This document shows, piece by piece, positions 28,492-38,561 of a stretch of DNA of 64,000 nucleotides. The notes below the pieces were generated by a model. That model did no database searches and was not told the origin of the DNA. It worked only from the letters and a program-made list of their open reading frames with translations. The stretch comes from an uncultured Bacilli bacterium (GTDB taxonomy: Bacteria; Bacillota_I; Bacilli_A; RF39; UBA660): positions 3,483 through 67,482 of the forward strand of contig CAKOOK010000004.1 in the NCBI GenBank assembly GCA_934098515.1, read 5' to 3'. The position numbers were made by a program, and so were the translations under genes. Numbering within the stretch: the first letter of the stretch is position 1; the number at the start of each line of letters is the position of its first letter.

Positions 28492-29640
28492 ATGAAGAGT
28501 AACTTTAAAAAAATGGATAAATTATTGCTTGTTTTAATGCTTGCATTTACTATTTTTGGCTTGGTAATGATCTTTAGTGCTTCGTCAATTACAGCTGTAC
28601 TTTATAATGGCACTTATGAATCTTATTATTTTAATAAACAGCTTATTGTTGTTATTGCTTCTTGGATTATTGGATTTACAATTGTTTTAAAGTTAAAGAC
28701 AAAGAGTTATGATTTTTTAGCTCCGGTTGGAATGATTGGTGTTTTGCTTTCGCTTATTTTGGTAATGAGTTATGGAACGATTACTAATGGATCTAAGAGC
28801 TGGTTTGATTTAGGGTTTGTTAGTGTTCAGCCATCTGAGTTTTTGAAACCAATTATGATTGTTTATTTAGCGGTATATTTTGATAAGCTTTTAAAAAGGA
28901 AAAATTATAATATATTTTTAATATTTGTGCCTTTTATTTTTATTGGTATATGTTTTGGCCTTATTGCTTTGCAGCCGGATTTAGGAACGGGATTAATTGT
29001 TGCTGGTATTGCGGGAATTGTTTTTATGTTTTTGCCAGTTAATACTAAAGAGATGACTAAAATTAAAGTTGGGTGTGCAGGAGCTGCTATTTTAGGTTTG
29101 ATTTTAATTTTTACTTATTCATTAAATGGTGAGCAGACTAGTCGTTTAAACTTTAGAGCACCTTGTACTAGATATACGCAGAAGACTGGTTATCAGGTTT
29201 GTAATGGAATGATTGCAATATCTAATGGGGGATTATTTGGGGTAGGTCTTGGTAATTCTACACAGAAGTATTTATATTTGCCAGAGGCTCATACTGACTT
29301 TATTTTTCCAATAGTTTGTGAAGAATTAGGTGCAGTTACTGGAGCGGTTGTTATTATTTTATATTTAGTTTTATTAATTAGACTTTTACAAATTGCTAGA
29401 AGAGCTGGTACTGTTAAAGGGTATATTATTGCTTTAGGAACATTTGCTTATATTTTATTACATTTGCTTATTAATTTTATGGGTATATTAGCACTTATTC
29501 CCCTTACTGGTGTTCCGGTTCCTTTCTTATCTTATGGTGGTTCTTATTATTTATGTTTAATTATGATGTTATTTGTTTGCGAAAGGGTAGTTATTGAATC
29601 TAAAAGTGAAGCTACTAAGAAAATTATAAATAGTATCTAA
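28492..29640 (+). CDS. FtsW/RodA/SpoVE-family peptidoglycan glycosyltransferase
   Basis: SEDS motifs QPSEFLKP, LQPDLGT, PEAHTDFIF, TGVPVPFLSYGGS. Confidence 0.9.
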   Translation: MKSNFKKMDKLLLVLMLAFTIFGLVMIFSASSITAVLYNGTYESYYFNKQLIVVIASWIIGFTIVLKLKTKSYDFLAPVGMIGVLLSLILVMSYGTITNGSKSWFDLGFVSVQPSEFLKPIMIVYLAVYFDKLLKRKNYNIFLIFVPFIFIGICFGLIALQPDLGTGLIVAGIAGIVFMFLPVNTKEMTKIKVGCAGAAILGLILIFTYSLNGEQTSRLNFRAPCTRYTQKTGYQVCNGMIAISNGGLFGVGLGNSTQKYLYLPEAHTDFIFPIVCEELGAVTGAVVIILYLVLLIRLLQIARRAGTVKGYIIALGTFAYILLHLLINFMGILALIPLTGVPVPFLSYGGSYYLCLIMMLFVCERVVIESKSEATKKIINSI

Positions 29641-30490
29641 TATAAATTAGTGTTAGTATTAAGAAAAGAAATATATGCATAATTCTTGATTTGTAATAAA
29701 GGGTATAATCTAGTTTATACTCTTTTAATATACCTTTAATTTGGTAGATGATAGATAAGCCACCAAAGCTAAGCATAAGAGTGCACATAAATAAGGCGTT
29801 AATTTCACTAGTGTTTATTTTACTTATTCCGTTTGTAATTTCAAATATTCCGGTAAATAATGGATGATTAATTTTAAATATAGAAGTTAGTGCACTAAAT
29901 GTGACAATTACACCTAGAATGTTTAAAAGGGTATTTATGGCATTATTTATACTATTAGTTAAAGAGAAAGTTATTTGTTTTTTAATGGCTTTATAATAGT
30001 TACATTTAATGTGACGGTTTATTAAACCGATAAGTAAGTTACAAAATAGATTACCGATTATTAAAAATAGCTTGCTTTTAGATGTTAGAAATGGGGTTAT
30101 GGTGATTATTAAATTGGGGTTGTATAACTGTGCTATGGATAGTATTTTAATTGCTCCAGTGTTATCAATCATTTTATTATCCAATAGATCTTTTATGTAT
30201 TTGGCATTACTTGGGCATCCGGTAAAGAATGACATAAATAGAACGTATGCTGCTTCTTTTGGGATATTAAATATTTTTTTAAATATTAGACCAATGCTTT
30301 CACTTATTATTTTAATGATATTAGTTGATAAGGCTAGGTCACTTAGGATTAAAAGGGGAAAGATTGAAGGAAATAAGCATGTTTTCCATAGGTTAATTCC
30401 ATAAATAACTCCGTTAATTAGACTGGGCCTTTTAATTAGACATAAGGAAAGTAATAGTAAAAATACGATAGTTTTTGAAATATTTTTCAT
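29624..30490 (-). CDS. ylbJ: YlbJ-like nucleoside-recognition/gate-domain membrane protein
   Basis: Polytopic membrane protein beside the ylbL-like gene as in Bacillus. By-eye family call. Confidence 0.5.
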   Translation of the reverse strand: MKNISKTIVFLLLLSLCLIKRPSLINGVIYGINLWKTCLFPSIFPLLILSDLALSTNIIKIISESIGLIFKKIFNIPKEAAYVLFMSFFTGCPSNAKYIKDLLDNKMIDNTGAIKILSIAQLYNPNLIITITPFLTSKSKLFLIIGNLFCNLLIGLINRHIKCNYYKAIKKQITFSLTNSINNAINTLLNILGVIVTFSALTSIFKINHPLFTGIFEITNGISKINTSEINALFMCTLMLSFGGLSIIYQIKGILKEYKLDYTLYYKSRIMHIFLFLILTLIYIRYYL

Positions 30491-30534
30491 AAAATCACCT
30501 GAAGTCTGTTATAATTTAGTAAAGAGGAATGATT

Positions 30535-31557
30535 ATGATTAATAAAATTTATGCAAAGTTGAAAAACTTTATTAAGGAAAATTATGGATTTTTAATTAGT
30601 GCATTTTTAATTATTGCGTTTTTTAATATTGATACTGGTTATAGTGTTTATAAGCCAGGGGGAGTTATTAATATGAATGATCGGGTAAGTTCTTTATATA
30701 AGAGTGAAGGCTCATTTAATATGGCTTATGTTGGTTATATGGAAGGTCTGCTTCCCTTTTATTTGATTGGTAAAATTAATCCTTCATGGGAACTTGTTAA
30801 GAATAATGATTTAAAGGAAGATAATGAAACAATTGAGGATGCTAATGCAAGGAACCGATTAGATTATTTAAATGCTACTAGTAATGCTAAGATAGTTGCT
30901 TATAAGTATTCTAATACACCTTATGAAATTAGGAGTCATCATTTTTATGTTATTTATGTAACTAAAGATAATGATAGTGGTCTTAAGGTTGGAGATGAGA
31001 TTATAAGTTATGATAATAATAAGATGACTAGTTTTGATGATTTTAAGGATTATATAGATGGTAAGAGTGCTGGTGATAAAATTAGTATAACTTATTTAAG
31101 GGATGATAAGGAGCATGATACTAGTTCTACTATATATGAAGAGGATAATGAACTTTATGCAGGTCTTGTTATTTTGGATGATAAGGAAGTTTATTCTGAT
31201 AAGAAGATTGATCTTAAGACTAAGGAAAGCGAGTCTGGACCTAGTGGTGGGTTAATAACTGCTCTTAGCATGTATAATGCTTTGATTAGTGAAGATATTA
31301 CGTATGGTATGAAGATTGTTGGGACTGGTACGATAGATGAAGATGGTAATGTTGGGGAAATAGGTGGTGTTACTTATAAACTTGCAGCTGCTGTTAAGGC
31401 TAAGGCTGATTTGTTTATTTGTCCTAGCAAGAATTATGAAGATGCTATTAATTATGCTAAAGAGAAAAAGTATGAGATTACTATTAGAGGAGTAGATACT
31501 TTTGAAGATGCTTTAAAGGTACTTAAAGAGGAGGGTGAAGGTAATGAAGTTAATTGA
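30535..31557 (+). CDS. ylbL: YlbL/SepM-family PDZ + Lon-like (S16) protease
   Basis: PDZ segment LKVGDEIISYDN; Lon protease-like SGPSGGLITALSMYNAL...GTGTIDEDGNVGEIGGV. Confidence 0.8.
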   Translation: MINKIYAKLKNFIKENYGFLISAFLIIAFFNIDTGYSVYKPGGVINMNDRVSSLYKSEGSFNMAYVGYMEGLLPFYLIGKINPSWELVKNNDLKEDNETIEDANARNRLDYLNATSNAKIVAYKYSNTPYEIRSHHFYVIYVTKDNDSGLKVGDEIISYDNNKMTSFDDFKDYIDGKSAGDKISITYLRDDKEHDTSSTIYEEDNELYAGLVILDDKEVYSDKKIDLKTKESESGPSGGLITALSMYNALISEDITYGMKIVGTGTIDEDGNVGEIGGVTYKLAAAVKAKADLFICPSKNYEDAINYAKEKKYEITIRGVDTFEDALKVLKEEGEGNEVN

Positions 31558-32632
31558 TCCAGATGCAATGGGAAGTGTTCTTAAAAAACTTAAGGGTGAT
31601 AAGTATCGTATGATTAATTTAATGGATGCGGGTTCTTATTACTATAAAACTGATATGGAGGAGGTTTTAACTAGACCTCATGATTTGGCTGAATCAAAGC
31701 CTGGTACAGGAATATATATATTAACTGATGATGAAGAAGTGCTGGATGAGGCTAGATCTTGGATTACTGAGGTTGAAGAACGTGGTGATAAGTATGTTAT
31801 TACTAAAAAGGATTATTTTGTTTTAAGAGAAAGTAATAATATGCCAAAGGCACTTAGGAAAATAGTTAAATATTTACCTAAGGTGTATACTGATGATACG
31901 CCAATGATTTATAGTTTTAAACCTAAAGATAAGGATACTTTTGAAGGTTATATAACTGAAAGATTTGCTTTTGAAGAGCTTAAAAGATATGGTTTATCCT
32001 TAGAGGAGTTAAATAATTATTTTGATGTATATACGCAAAGGATTGACCATTTAGAGAAAAGAAGTTTAATTGATGCTTTAGATATTACAAGGACTGTTAT
32101 TAAAAAGGGAAGTACTAGTTATAAGAAGGCGAGAAAGATTATTTTGACTTTTGTTTATGATCCTGTTCAAGGAATACCTGCGTTTCTTGAAAATGGGGAT
32201 ATCTGTGAGTTAGAACCTGTTAATATGACTGATGATGGTAATGTAATATATAAGTTATCTTATAAGATTGTTAGTAATATGAGTAATGCTGAGTATAAGG
32301 AGAGGATGCAAAGAAAGAATAATAGGGCGGTAATCCTTTTGGGGGATAACCTACCTAGAGAGATAAAGGATATTTTAGAAAGAATTTATACTAATATGGG
32401 GTATGATGATTTACTTGATGGTAGTCCATCTAAGGAATACGTTAAATTATGTAATAGACTAGGTTTAGAACCTATACTAAATAAAGAGAATATTTTATAT
32501 ATATTTGGTGGAGAAGTAGGCTTGGGCCTTATTAAAGATAGTATTAAGGAGCTATCGGAATATCCTGCTGGTAATGAGAAACTTTATATAGAAAGAGCAA
32601 GTAATTATAAAACTATATCTAAAATGATATAG
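31544..32632 (+). CDS. hypothetical protein
   Basis: ORF with RBS gaggagg. No motif recognised. Confidence 0.4.
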   Translation: MKLIDPDAMGSVLKKLKGDKYRMINLMDAGSYYYKTDMEEVLTRPHDLAESKPGTGIYILTDDEEVLDEARSWITEVEERGDKYVITKKDYFVLRESNNMPKALRKIVKYLPKVYTDDTPMIYSFKPKDKDTFEGYITERFAFEELKRYGLSLEELNNYFDVYTQRIDHLEKRSLIDALDITRTVIKKGSTSYKKARKIILTFVYDPVQGIPAFLENGDICELEPVNMTDDGNVIYKLSYKIVSNMSNAEYKERMQRKNNRAVILLGDNLPREIKDILERIYTNMGYDDLLDGSPSKEYVKLCNRLGLEPILNKENILYIFGGEVGLGLIKDSIKELSEYPAGNEKLYIERASNYKTISKMI

Positions 32633-32726
32633 TTTTTTTGTAAATGAAACCTAAAATTTACAAGATGTAAGTGAAAAAGGGTAGACAGATAATATAATTA
32701 TGGTAAACTTTTCTTAGAGGTAAGAG

Positions 32727-33917
32727 ATGAAAACATTAGAAGTCATAAATATAATTATCATGTTATTAATTGGAGTTTATAGTATTTATTTTTTATTAAC
32801 GGCTCTATTTTTATTTAAGAAAAGAAAAATGAATGCAGGTGTAAGTGATAAGTATAATCATTTTACGATTTTAATTCCAGCACGTAATGAAGAAGCAGTA
32901 ATAAAAGATGTTATATTAAGTTTTAAAAATCAAAAGTATCCTAAAGATAAATGTGAAATAATTGCAGTAGTTAATAATACAACAGATAATACATTAGGTG
33001 TATGTAATACTGAAGGGGTTAGAAGTATTCTGTGTGAAAGAAAAATTAAAAATAAGGGTGATGCCTTAAAAGAGGCTTTTGATAGATTAAAAAATAATAA
33101 TACTGATGCTTATATAATAATGGATGCTGATAATGTAGTTAATAATGAGTTTTTAAGTGAGATGAATAAATGTTTAAATGAAGGAGCTTTAGTTGCTAAA
33201 TCTAATATGGATATTAAAGCTAAGGAAAACACTTGGGTGTCGTCTTGTTATGCTATTTATTTCTTTATTCAGGGTATTTTGTTTAGTATTCCAAGAAATA
33301 ATATAGGGGCTTCTGGAGCAATTAATGGAACCGGTATTATGATTAAAAAAGAAGTAATTGATAAGTATGGCTTTAATGTTAAGACAATTACTGAAGATTT
33401 AGAATTTATGGCAATATGTGCCTTAAATAATATTAAGATTAGATATGTTAGGGGAGCTGTATGTTATGCTGAGCATCCATCTGATTTTAAAGTTAGTATG
33501 GTTCAAAGAAGAAGGTGGACTAGAGGAATATATGAAGGGTTTTTTATTTATTTTAGTAGACTTATTAAGTCTTTACTAAAAAAGCCAAGTATTGAAGTAA
33601 TTGATTCTTTACTTATTTATAGTACACCACTAGTTTTTATATTTAGTATGATATCTAGTTTAATAAATTTATTAGTTGTTCCTTTAAAAATATTTCTTAT
33701 AATTTCTGCATTTGGCTTATTAGTTAGTTATATAGCAGTTTCTTTATGTGCTCTTTTTGTATGTGTTAAGAGTAAGAAAAGAGTAAAGGAGTATTTAACT
33801 GGCATTATTATGTTTCCTATATTTCTTTTATCTTGGCAGTATTTAAATATTGCTGTTCTATTTAAAAAAGAAGTTGTCTGGGATGAAATAAAACATATTG
33901 AGACGCAAAATATCTAA
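32727..33917 (+). CDS. family 2 glycosyltransferase, membrane-integrated
   Basis: ILIPARNEE, MDADN (DxD), QRRRWTRG (QxxRW-like); TM segments at both ends. Confidence 0.8.
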   Translation: MKTLEVINIIIMLLIGVYSIYFLLTALFLFKKRKMNAGVSDKYNHFTILIPARNEEAVIKDVILSFKNQKYPKDKCEIIAVVNNTTDNTLGVCNTEGVRSILCERKIKNKGDALKEAFDRLKNNNTDAYIIMDADNVVNNEFLSEMNKCLNEGALVAKSNMDIKAKENTWVSSCYAIYFFIQGILFSIPRNNIGASGAINGTGIMIKKEVIDKYGFNVKTITEDLEFMAICALNNIKIRYVRGAVCYAEHPSDFKVSMVQRRRWTRGIYEGFFIYFSRLIKSLLKKPSIEVIDSLLIYSTPLVFIFSMISSLINLLVVPLKIFLIISAFGLLVSYIAVSLCALFVCVKSKKRVKEYLTGIIMFPIFLLSWQYLNIAVLFKKEVVWDEIKHIETQNI

Positions 33918-33972
33918 AAATAATTAAGCAAATCACCATTATTTATGATAAAATATGTAGTGGTGATTTTGT

Positions 33973-36507
33973 ATGAAAAGAAGCGACGTAGATTATAATG
34001 AATTGTCTCCAATGATGAGACAGTATATGGATATAAAAAAGAAGCATGAAGATGAATTGCTTTTCTACCGAATCGGAGACTTTTATGAATTGTTTTTTGA
34101 GGATGCCTTGGAAGCATCACATGCGTTAGAACTTACTTTAACTGGTAAAAATGCTGGTTTAAAAGAAAGGGTACCAATGTGCGGAGTTCCCCATCATGCA
34201 TCTAAAGGTTATATTGAAAAAGCAGTTAATTTAGGATATAAGGTAGCAGTTTGTGAGCAGGTAGAAGATCCTAGATTTACTAAAGGCATGGTTAAAAGAG
34301 AAGTTATTAATGTAGTATCAAAAGGAACTCTTGTTGATTTAGATTTTTTATCAGCTTATGACTTTAACTTTATTGGAAGTATTTTAGATTTAGAATATGC
34401 TTATTTAATTACATATGCTGATATTAGTACGGGTAATATTTATAGTGAGCTTACTACTCATGATAAGAATACTCTTATAAGTAGAGTTTTAAACTTAAAT
34501 TTAAAAGAAGTAATACTTACAAATACTTTTGATTTAGAGCTTCTTAATACTTTAAAGAATAATTATAATTTAAGTATTAGTATATCTGATAAATTTTATG
34601 AGGAAAAAACTAAACTTACTGATAATATTACTGATGAAAGAGTTCGTGATGGAGTAAATCATTTACTTTATTATTTAGTAGTTAGAGAACTTAAAGATAT
34701 AACACATTTAAGTAATGTTATTATTATTGATAATAATGCTAGACTTAGAATGGATGTACATTCAGTAAGGAATTTAGAGATATTTGAGACTTTAAGACTT
34801 AAAGAAAGACAATATAGTTTAATATGGCTTATAGATAAGTGTAAGACCAGTATGGGTTCAAGAACACTTAAGGGATGGCTTATGAATCCTCTTAGAGATG
34901 AAAAAATGATTAATGGTAGGCTTGACTCTATAGATAAACTTAATAATGAATTTATTAAAAGAAGTGAGCTTACTAAACATCTATATGAAATATATGATTT
35001 AGAAAGATTATGTGGCAAAGTAATATGCGGGTCATTTAATGCTAGAGATGCACTTCAGATTAAGAAGAGTTTAGAGCACCTTCCTTATGTTAAAACGCTT
35101 GCTAGTGAAATTGGTTTAAATATAGATATTAATACTCATGAAGAGTTATATAAATTACTTGAGAGTTCTATTTATGAAGAAGCACCAATAACTTTAAAAG
35201 ATGGTTATTTAATTAAAGAAGGGTATAATAAAGAACTAGATGAACTTAAGGAAATTAGAAGTGGTGGCAAGTCTTTTATTGCTGGTATGGAGCAAGAGTT
35301 AAAAGAACAGTCTGGTATATCTAATTTAAAGGTTGGTTATAATAAAGTTTTTGGGTATTATATTGAAGTATCTAAAGGTAATGCTAGTAAAGTAAAAGAA
35401 GAGTTTGGTTGGATTAGAAAACAGACTTTAACTACGGGGGAGAGATATATTTCACCATTATTAAAAGAAAAAGAAGCATTAGTACTTAATGCTGAAGAAA
35501 GAATTATTGATTTAGAATATAACCTATTTATGGAAGTTAAAGAAGCAATAAAGAAGGAAGTACCTTTAATGCAAAAGACTGCTAGTGGTATTGGGGTAAT
35601 TGATGCTTTAACATCACTTAGTGTTGTAAGTGAAGAACAGAAATTTGTAAGACCGGTATTTAATAATAAACATGTTATAGATATTAAAGATGGTTTTCAT
35701 CCGGTAATAAATGCTCTTAATGAAAAAAATTATGTTAAAAATGGATGCATGATGGATGAAAATACAACAACCCTTCTAATAACTGGGCCTAATATGAGTG
35801 GTAAAAGTACTTATATGAGACAACTTGCTATTATTATAATACTTGCACAAATTGGTTCTTTCGTGCCAGCAAGTTTTGCAAATCTTCCTTTATTTGATGC
35901 AATATATACAAGAATAGGTGCTAGTGATGATCTAGTTAGTGGTGAGTCAACATTTATGGTTGAGATGAAGGAAGCAAATAATGCGATTAGTAATGCAACT
36001 GAAGACTCTCTTATCTTATTTGATGAACTAGGAAGAGGTACGGCAACATTTGATGGTATGAGTTTAGCAGCAGCAATTTTAAAGTATGCAACTAAACATA
36101 TTAAATGTAAGACTTTATTTAGTACACATTATCATGAACTTACTAGTTTAGATGAAACAATTCCAAGCATTAGAAATATTCATGTTAGTGCTGAAGAAGA
36201 TGATGGTAAGTTAGTGTTTTTGCATAAGATTAAAGAAGGCGCTGCAGATAAGAGTTATGGTGTGCATGTAGCAGCACTTGCGGGCATGCCAGAAGAGATA
36301 ATTAATGAGGCTAATTTAATTTTAAGTAAGTATGAAAATAAAGAAACGTCTCCTAAGATAGAACATGCTGAGCAGATTACTTTTAATTTAACAGAAGAAA
36401 AGAATGAATTGAAAGAATATTTAAAAGATATTGATCCGCTTAAACTTACACCAATTGAGGCTTTGATTAAATTAAATGAGCTTAAAGAAATATCTAGAAA
36501 ATCTTAA
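33973..36507 (+). CDS. mutS: DNA mismatch repair protein MutS
   Basis: N-terminal MMRQY...FYRIGDFYELF, Walker A GPNMSGKST, DELGRGT, STHYHEL. Confidence 0.95.
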   Translation: MKRSDVDYNELSPMMRQYMDIKKKHEDELLFYRIGDFYELFFEDALEASHALELTLTGKNAGLKERVPMCGVPHHASKGYIEKAVNLGYKVAVCEQVEDPRFTKGMVKREVINVVSKGTLVDLDFLSAYDFNFIGSILDLEYAYLITYADISTGNIYSELTTHDKNTLISRVLNLNLKEVILTNTFDLELLNTLKNNYNLSISISDKFYEEKTKLTDNITDERVRDGVNHLLYYLVVRELKDITHLSNVIIIDNNARLRMDVHSVRNLEIFETLRLKERQYSLIWLIDKCKTSMGSRTLKGWLMNPLRDEKMINGRLDSIDKLNNEFIKRSELTKHLYEIYDLERLCGKVICGSFNARDALQIKKSLEHLPYVKTLASEIGLNIDINTHEELYKLLESSIYEEAPITLKDGYLIKEGYNKELDELKEIRSGGKSFIAGMEQELKEQSGISNLKVGYNKVFGYYIEVSKGNASKVKEEFGWIRKQTLTTGERYISPLLKEKEALVLNAEERIIDLEYNLFMEVKEAIKKEVPLMQKTASGIGVIDALTSLSVVSEEQKFVRPVFNNKHVIDIKDGFHPVINALNEKNYVKNGCMMDENTTTLLITGPNMSGKSTYMRQLAIIIILAQIGSFVPASFANLPLFDAIYTRIGASDDLVSGESTFMVEMKEANNAISNATEDSLILFDELGRGTATFDGMSLAAAILKYATKHIKCKTLFSTHYHELTSLDETIPSIRNIHVSAEEDDGKLVFLHKIKEGAADKSYGVHVAALAGMPEEIINEANLILSKYENKETSPKIEHAEQITFNLTEEKNELKEYLKDIDPLKLTPIEALIKLNELKEISRKS

Positions 36508-36570
36508 AAAATGTATATCAAAAGTCTTAAAAAATGTATATCAAAATCGTTAAAAAATGTATATCGTATT
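36502..36570. repeat. three tandem 23-bp direct repeats immediately 3' of mutS and 5' of a TTGACA box
   Basis: tcttaaaaaatgtatatcaaaag / tcttaaaaaatgtatatcaaaat / cgttaaaaaatgtatatcgtatt. TTGACA at 36572..36577. Confidence 0.9.
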
Positions 36571-36634
36571 GTTTGACATAATGAAACATGATAAAATTAT
36601 TTATAGAAAAGAACCGTAGAAAGAGGTAATTAAA

Positions 36635-37027
36635 ATGACTAATAGAAGTAAATTAAGAGAAACCATAATGACTATTATTTACCAAATAACTTTATATAAA
36701 AAAAATAATATGGAGTATAACGTAGATGATGTTATTAAAGAAAATTTAGAGATAGATAATGAATTTGTTAAAGATATTGTTTATGGAGTTGTAACAAGTT
36801 TTGATGAACTTACTGATGAAGCAAATAAGTATCTTAAGGACTGGACGATAGATAGAATAGATGCTACTGGAGCAGCAATTCTTAGAATGGCTTTATATGA
36901 AATTAAATATACTGATACACCTAATGTAGTAGTAATTAATGAAGCAGTAGAGCTTGCTAAAAAGTATAGTGATGAAGAAGTTCGTAAGATGATTAATGCT
37001 GTTTTAGATAAGGTAATTTCTGAGTAA
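36635..37027 (+). CDS. nusB: transcription antitermination factor NusB
   Basis: Length and NusB-like sequence (LRMALYEI...NEAVELAKKY); followed by xseA-xseB. Confidence 0.9.
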   Translation: MTNRSKLRETIMTIIYQITLYKKNNMEYNVDDVIKENLEIDNEFVKDIVYGVVTSFDELTDEANKYLKDWTIDRIDATGAAILRMALYEIKYTDTPNVVVINEAVELAKKYSDEEVRKMINAVLDKVISE

Positions 37028-38292
37028 TGGAGAAAAGATATATTACTGTATCAACTTTAAATCGTTATTTAAAGAATAAGTTTGATACAGATCCGAATAT
37101 TCAAAGAGTATCTTTAAAGGGAGAAATATCTAATTTTAAGGGACATACGAGAGGCCATTTATACTTTACTTTAAAAGATGAAGAAGGAAGAATAAATGCG
37201 GTAATGTTCTCTTTTAATGCAAGTAAACTTACGTTTGTTCCAGAAGATGGGATGAAAGTATTAGTAACTGGTAGAGTATCCGTTTATCCACCAACTGGAT
37301 CATATCAAATTTATGTTGAAGAGATGGAAAGTGATGGACTGGGTAATCTTTATTTAATGTATGAAGCTTTAAAAAAAGAACTTGCTGAAAAAGGTTTATT
37401 TGATGCAGGACATAAAAAACAAATACCTAAATATCCTCATAGGATTGGTATAGTTACGGCCCCTACTGGGGCTGCCATTAAAGATATACTTAGTACTATT
37501 AAAAGAAGATATCCTATATGTGAGACAATTATCTTTCCATGTTTAGTACAAGGAGAACTTGCAAAAGATGATATTGTAAAAGCTATTAATGAAGCAGAAA
37601 AGTATGATTTAGATGTTCTTATTGTAGGCCGTGGTGGTGGTTCATATGAAGACTTGTGGGCTTTTAATGAGAAAGTTGTTGCTTATGCTATTTATAACTG
37701 CACAATTCCAGTAATAAGTGCAGTAGGGCATGAAATAGACTTTACGATAGCAGACTTTGTTGCAGATTTAAGAGCACCAACACCAACAGGAGCAGCTGAA
37801 ATGGCTGTACCAAACATGGCAGATTTATTTACATTCTTAGAACAAATTAAGATAAGATGCACAAGCACTATATCAAATAAGATTAATATTAATAAGAAGC
37901 ATTTATTGGATTTAAAAGATAATTATGTCTTAAAGAACCCTCTAGCAGTTTATGAAATAAAAGAGCAAAAACTATCTAGTTTAATTGATACATTAAATAG
38001 TACAATAACTAATAAATTAGCAAATGCTAAGTTAAGATATAGCCATATAAGGGAAAACTATATTTTAAATAATCCAGAAGAGTTATTAAAAAAGAAAAAG
38101 CATGATTATACACTTATTTTAAATAAATTAGAAATACTTAATCCAATTAGTATATTATCTAAAGGGTACTCTGTAGTATCAATAAATGATAAAACTATAA
38201 ATAGTACTGAAAATATATCTAAGGGAGATGTGTTAAATATTAAATTATATAAAGGAAGCTTAAAAGCAAAAGTAGAAAGTGTAGGTAAATAA
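37027..38292 (+). CDS. xseA: exodeoxyribonuclease VII large subunit
   Basis: OB-fold N-terminus, GIVTAPTGAAIKD, RGGGSYEDLWAFN. Confidence 0.95.
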   Translation: MEKRYITVSTLNRYLKNKFDTDPNIQRVSLKGEISNFKGHTRGHLYFTLKDEEGRINAVMFSFNASKLTFVPEDGMKVLVTGRVSVYPPTGSYQIYVEEMESDGLGNLYLMYEALKKELAEKGLFDAGHKKQIPKYPHRIGIVTAPTGAAIKDILSTIKRRYPICETIIFPCLVQGELAKDDIVKAINEAEKYDLDVLIVGRGGGSYEDLWAFNEKVVAYAIYNCTIPVISAVGHEIDFTIADFVADLRAPTPTGAAEMAVPNMADLFTFLEQIKIRCTSTISNKININKKHLLDLKDNYVLKNPLAVYEIKEQKLSSLIDTLNSTITNKLANAKLRYSHIRENYILNNPEELLKKKKHDYTLILNKLEILNPISILSKGYSVVSINDKTINSTENISKGDVLNIKLYKGSLKAKVESVGK

Positions 38293-38513
38293 TGAAAGAG
38301 AAAAAGTTTGAAGATATGTTAAGTGAATTAGAAACACTTGTAAAAAAATTAGAAAATGGAGATACTGATCTAGATACATCTATTGAGACATATCAAAAAG
38401 CAATGAAATTAGCAAAAGAGTGCGGAGATAAATTAAATAGTGCTGAAGAAGCAGTCAATAAAATTTTAAGCGAAGACGGAACCCTAAAAGATTTCCACAT
38501 TGAAAACGCTTGA
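38292..38513 (+). CDS. xseB: exodeoxyribonuclease VII small subunit
   Basis: 73 aa; FEDMLSELETLVKKLENGD..LDTSIETYQKAMKL. Confidence 0.9.
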   Translation: MKEKKFEDMLSELETLVKKLENGDTDLDTSIETYQKAMKLAKECGDKLNSAEEAVNKILSEDGTLKDFHIENA

Positions 38514-38538
38514 CACGGGGGGGGGGTTGTTATATACT
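38510..38538 (+). promoter_or_regulatory. consensus-like promoter of paralog 2 with a G10 homopolymer in the spacer
   Basis: TTGACA (38510..38515), 17-nt spacer c-G10-ttgtta (G run 38517..38526), TATACT (38533..38538). ATG at 38562. Confidence 0.6.
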
Positions 38539-38561
38539 AAAAGAGAAAGATAGAGGTATTT

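Noticed and set aside
17056-35018. Other embedded or antisense ORFs from the track: 17056..17289 -, 19089..19280 -, 20784..21080 -, 21115..21297 -, 21968..22153 -, 26417..26602 -, 30072..30404 +, 33914..34120 -, 34671..35018 -
   Set aside because: Each lies within or antisense to a gene with clear family motifs. Their composition-driven, Ile/Leu/Ser/Phe-rich translations are typical of shadow ORFs in AT-rich DNA.
36502-36570. The tandem repeat array as a CRISPR array
   Set aside because: The repeats are directly adjacent with no spacers. There are only three 23-bp AT-rich units and no cas genes in the window.
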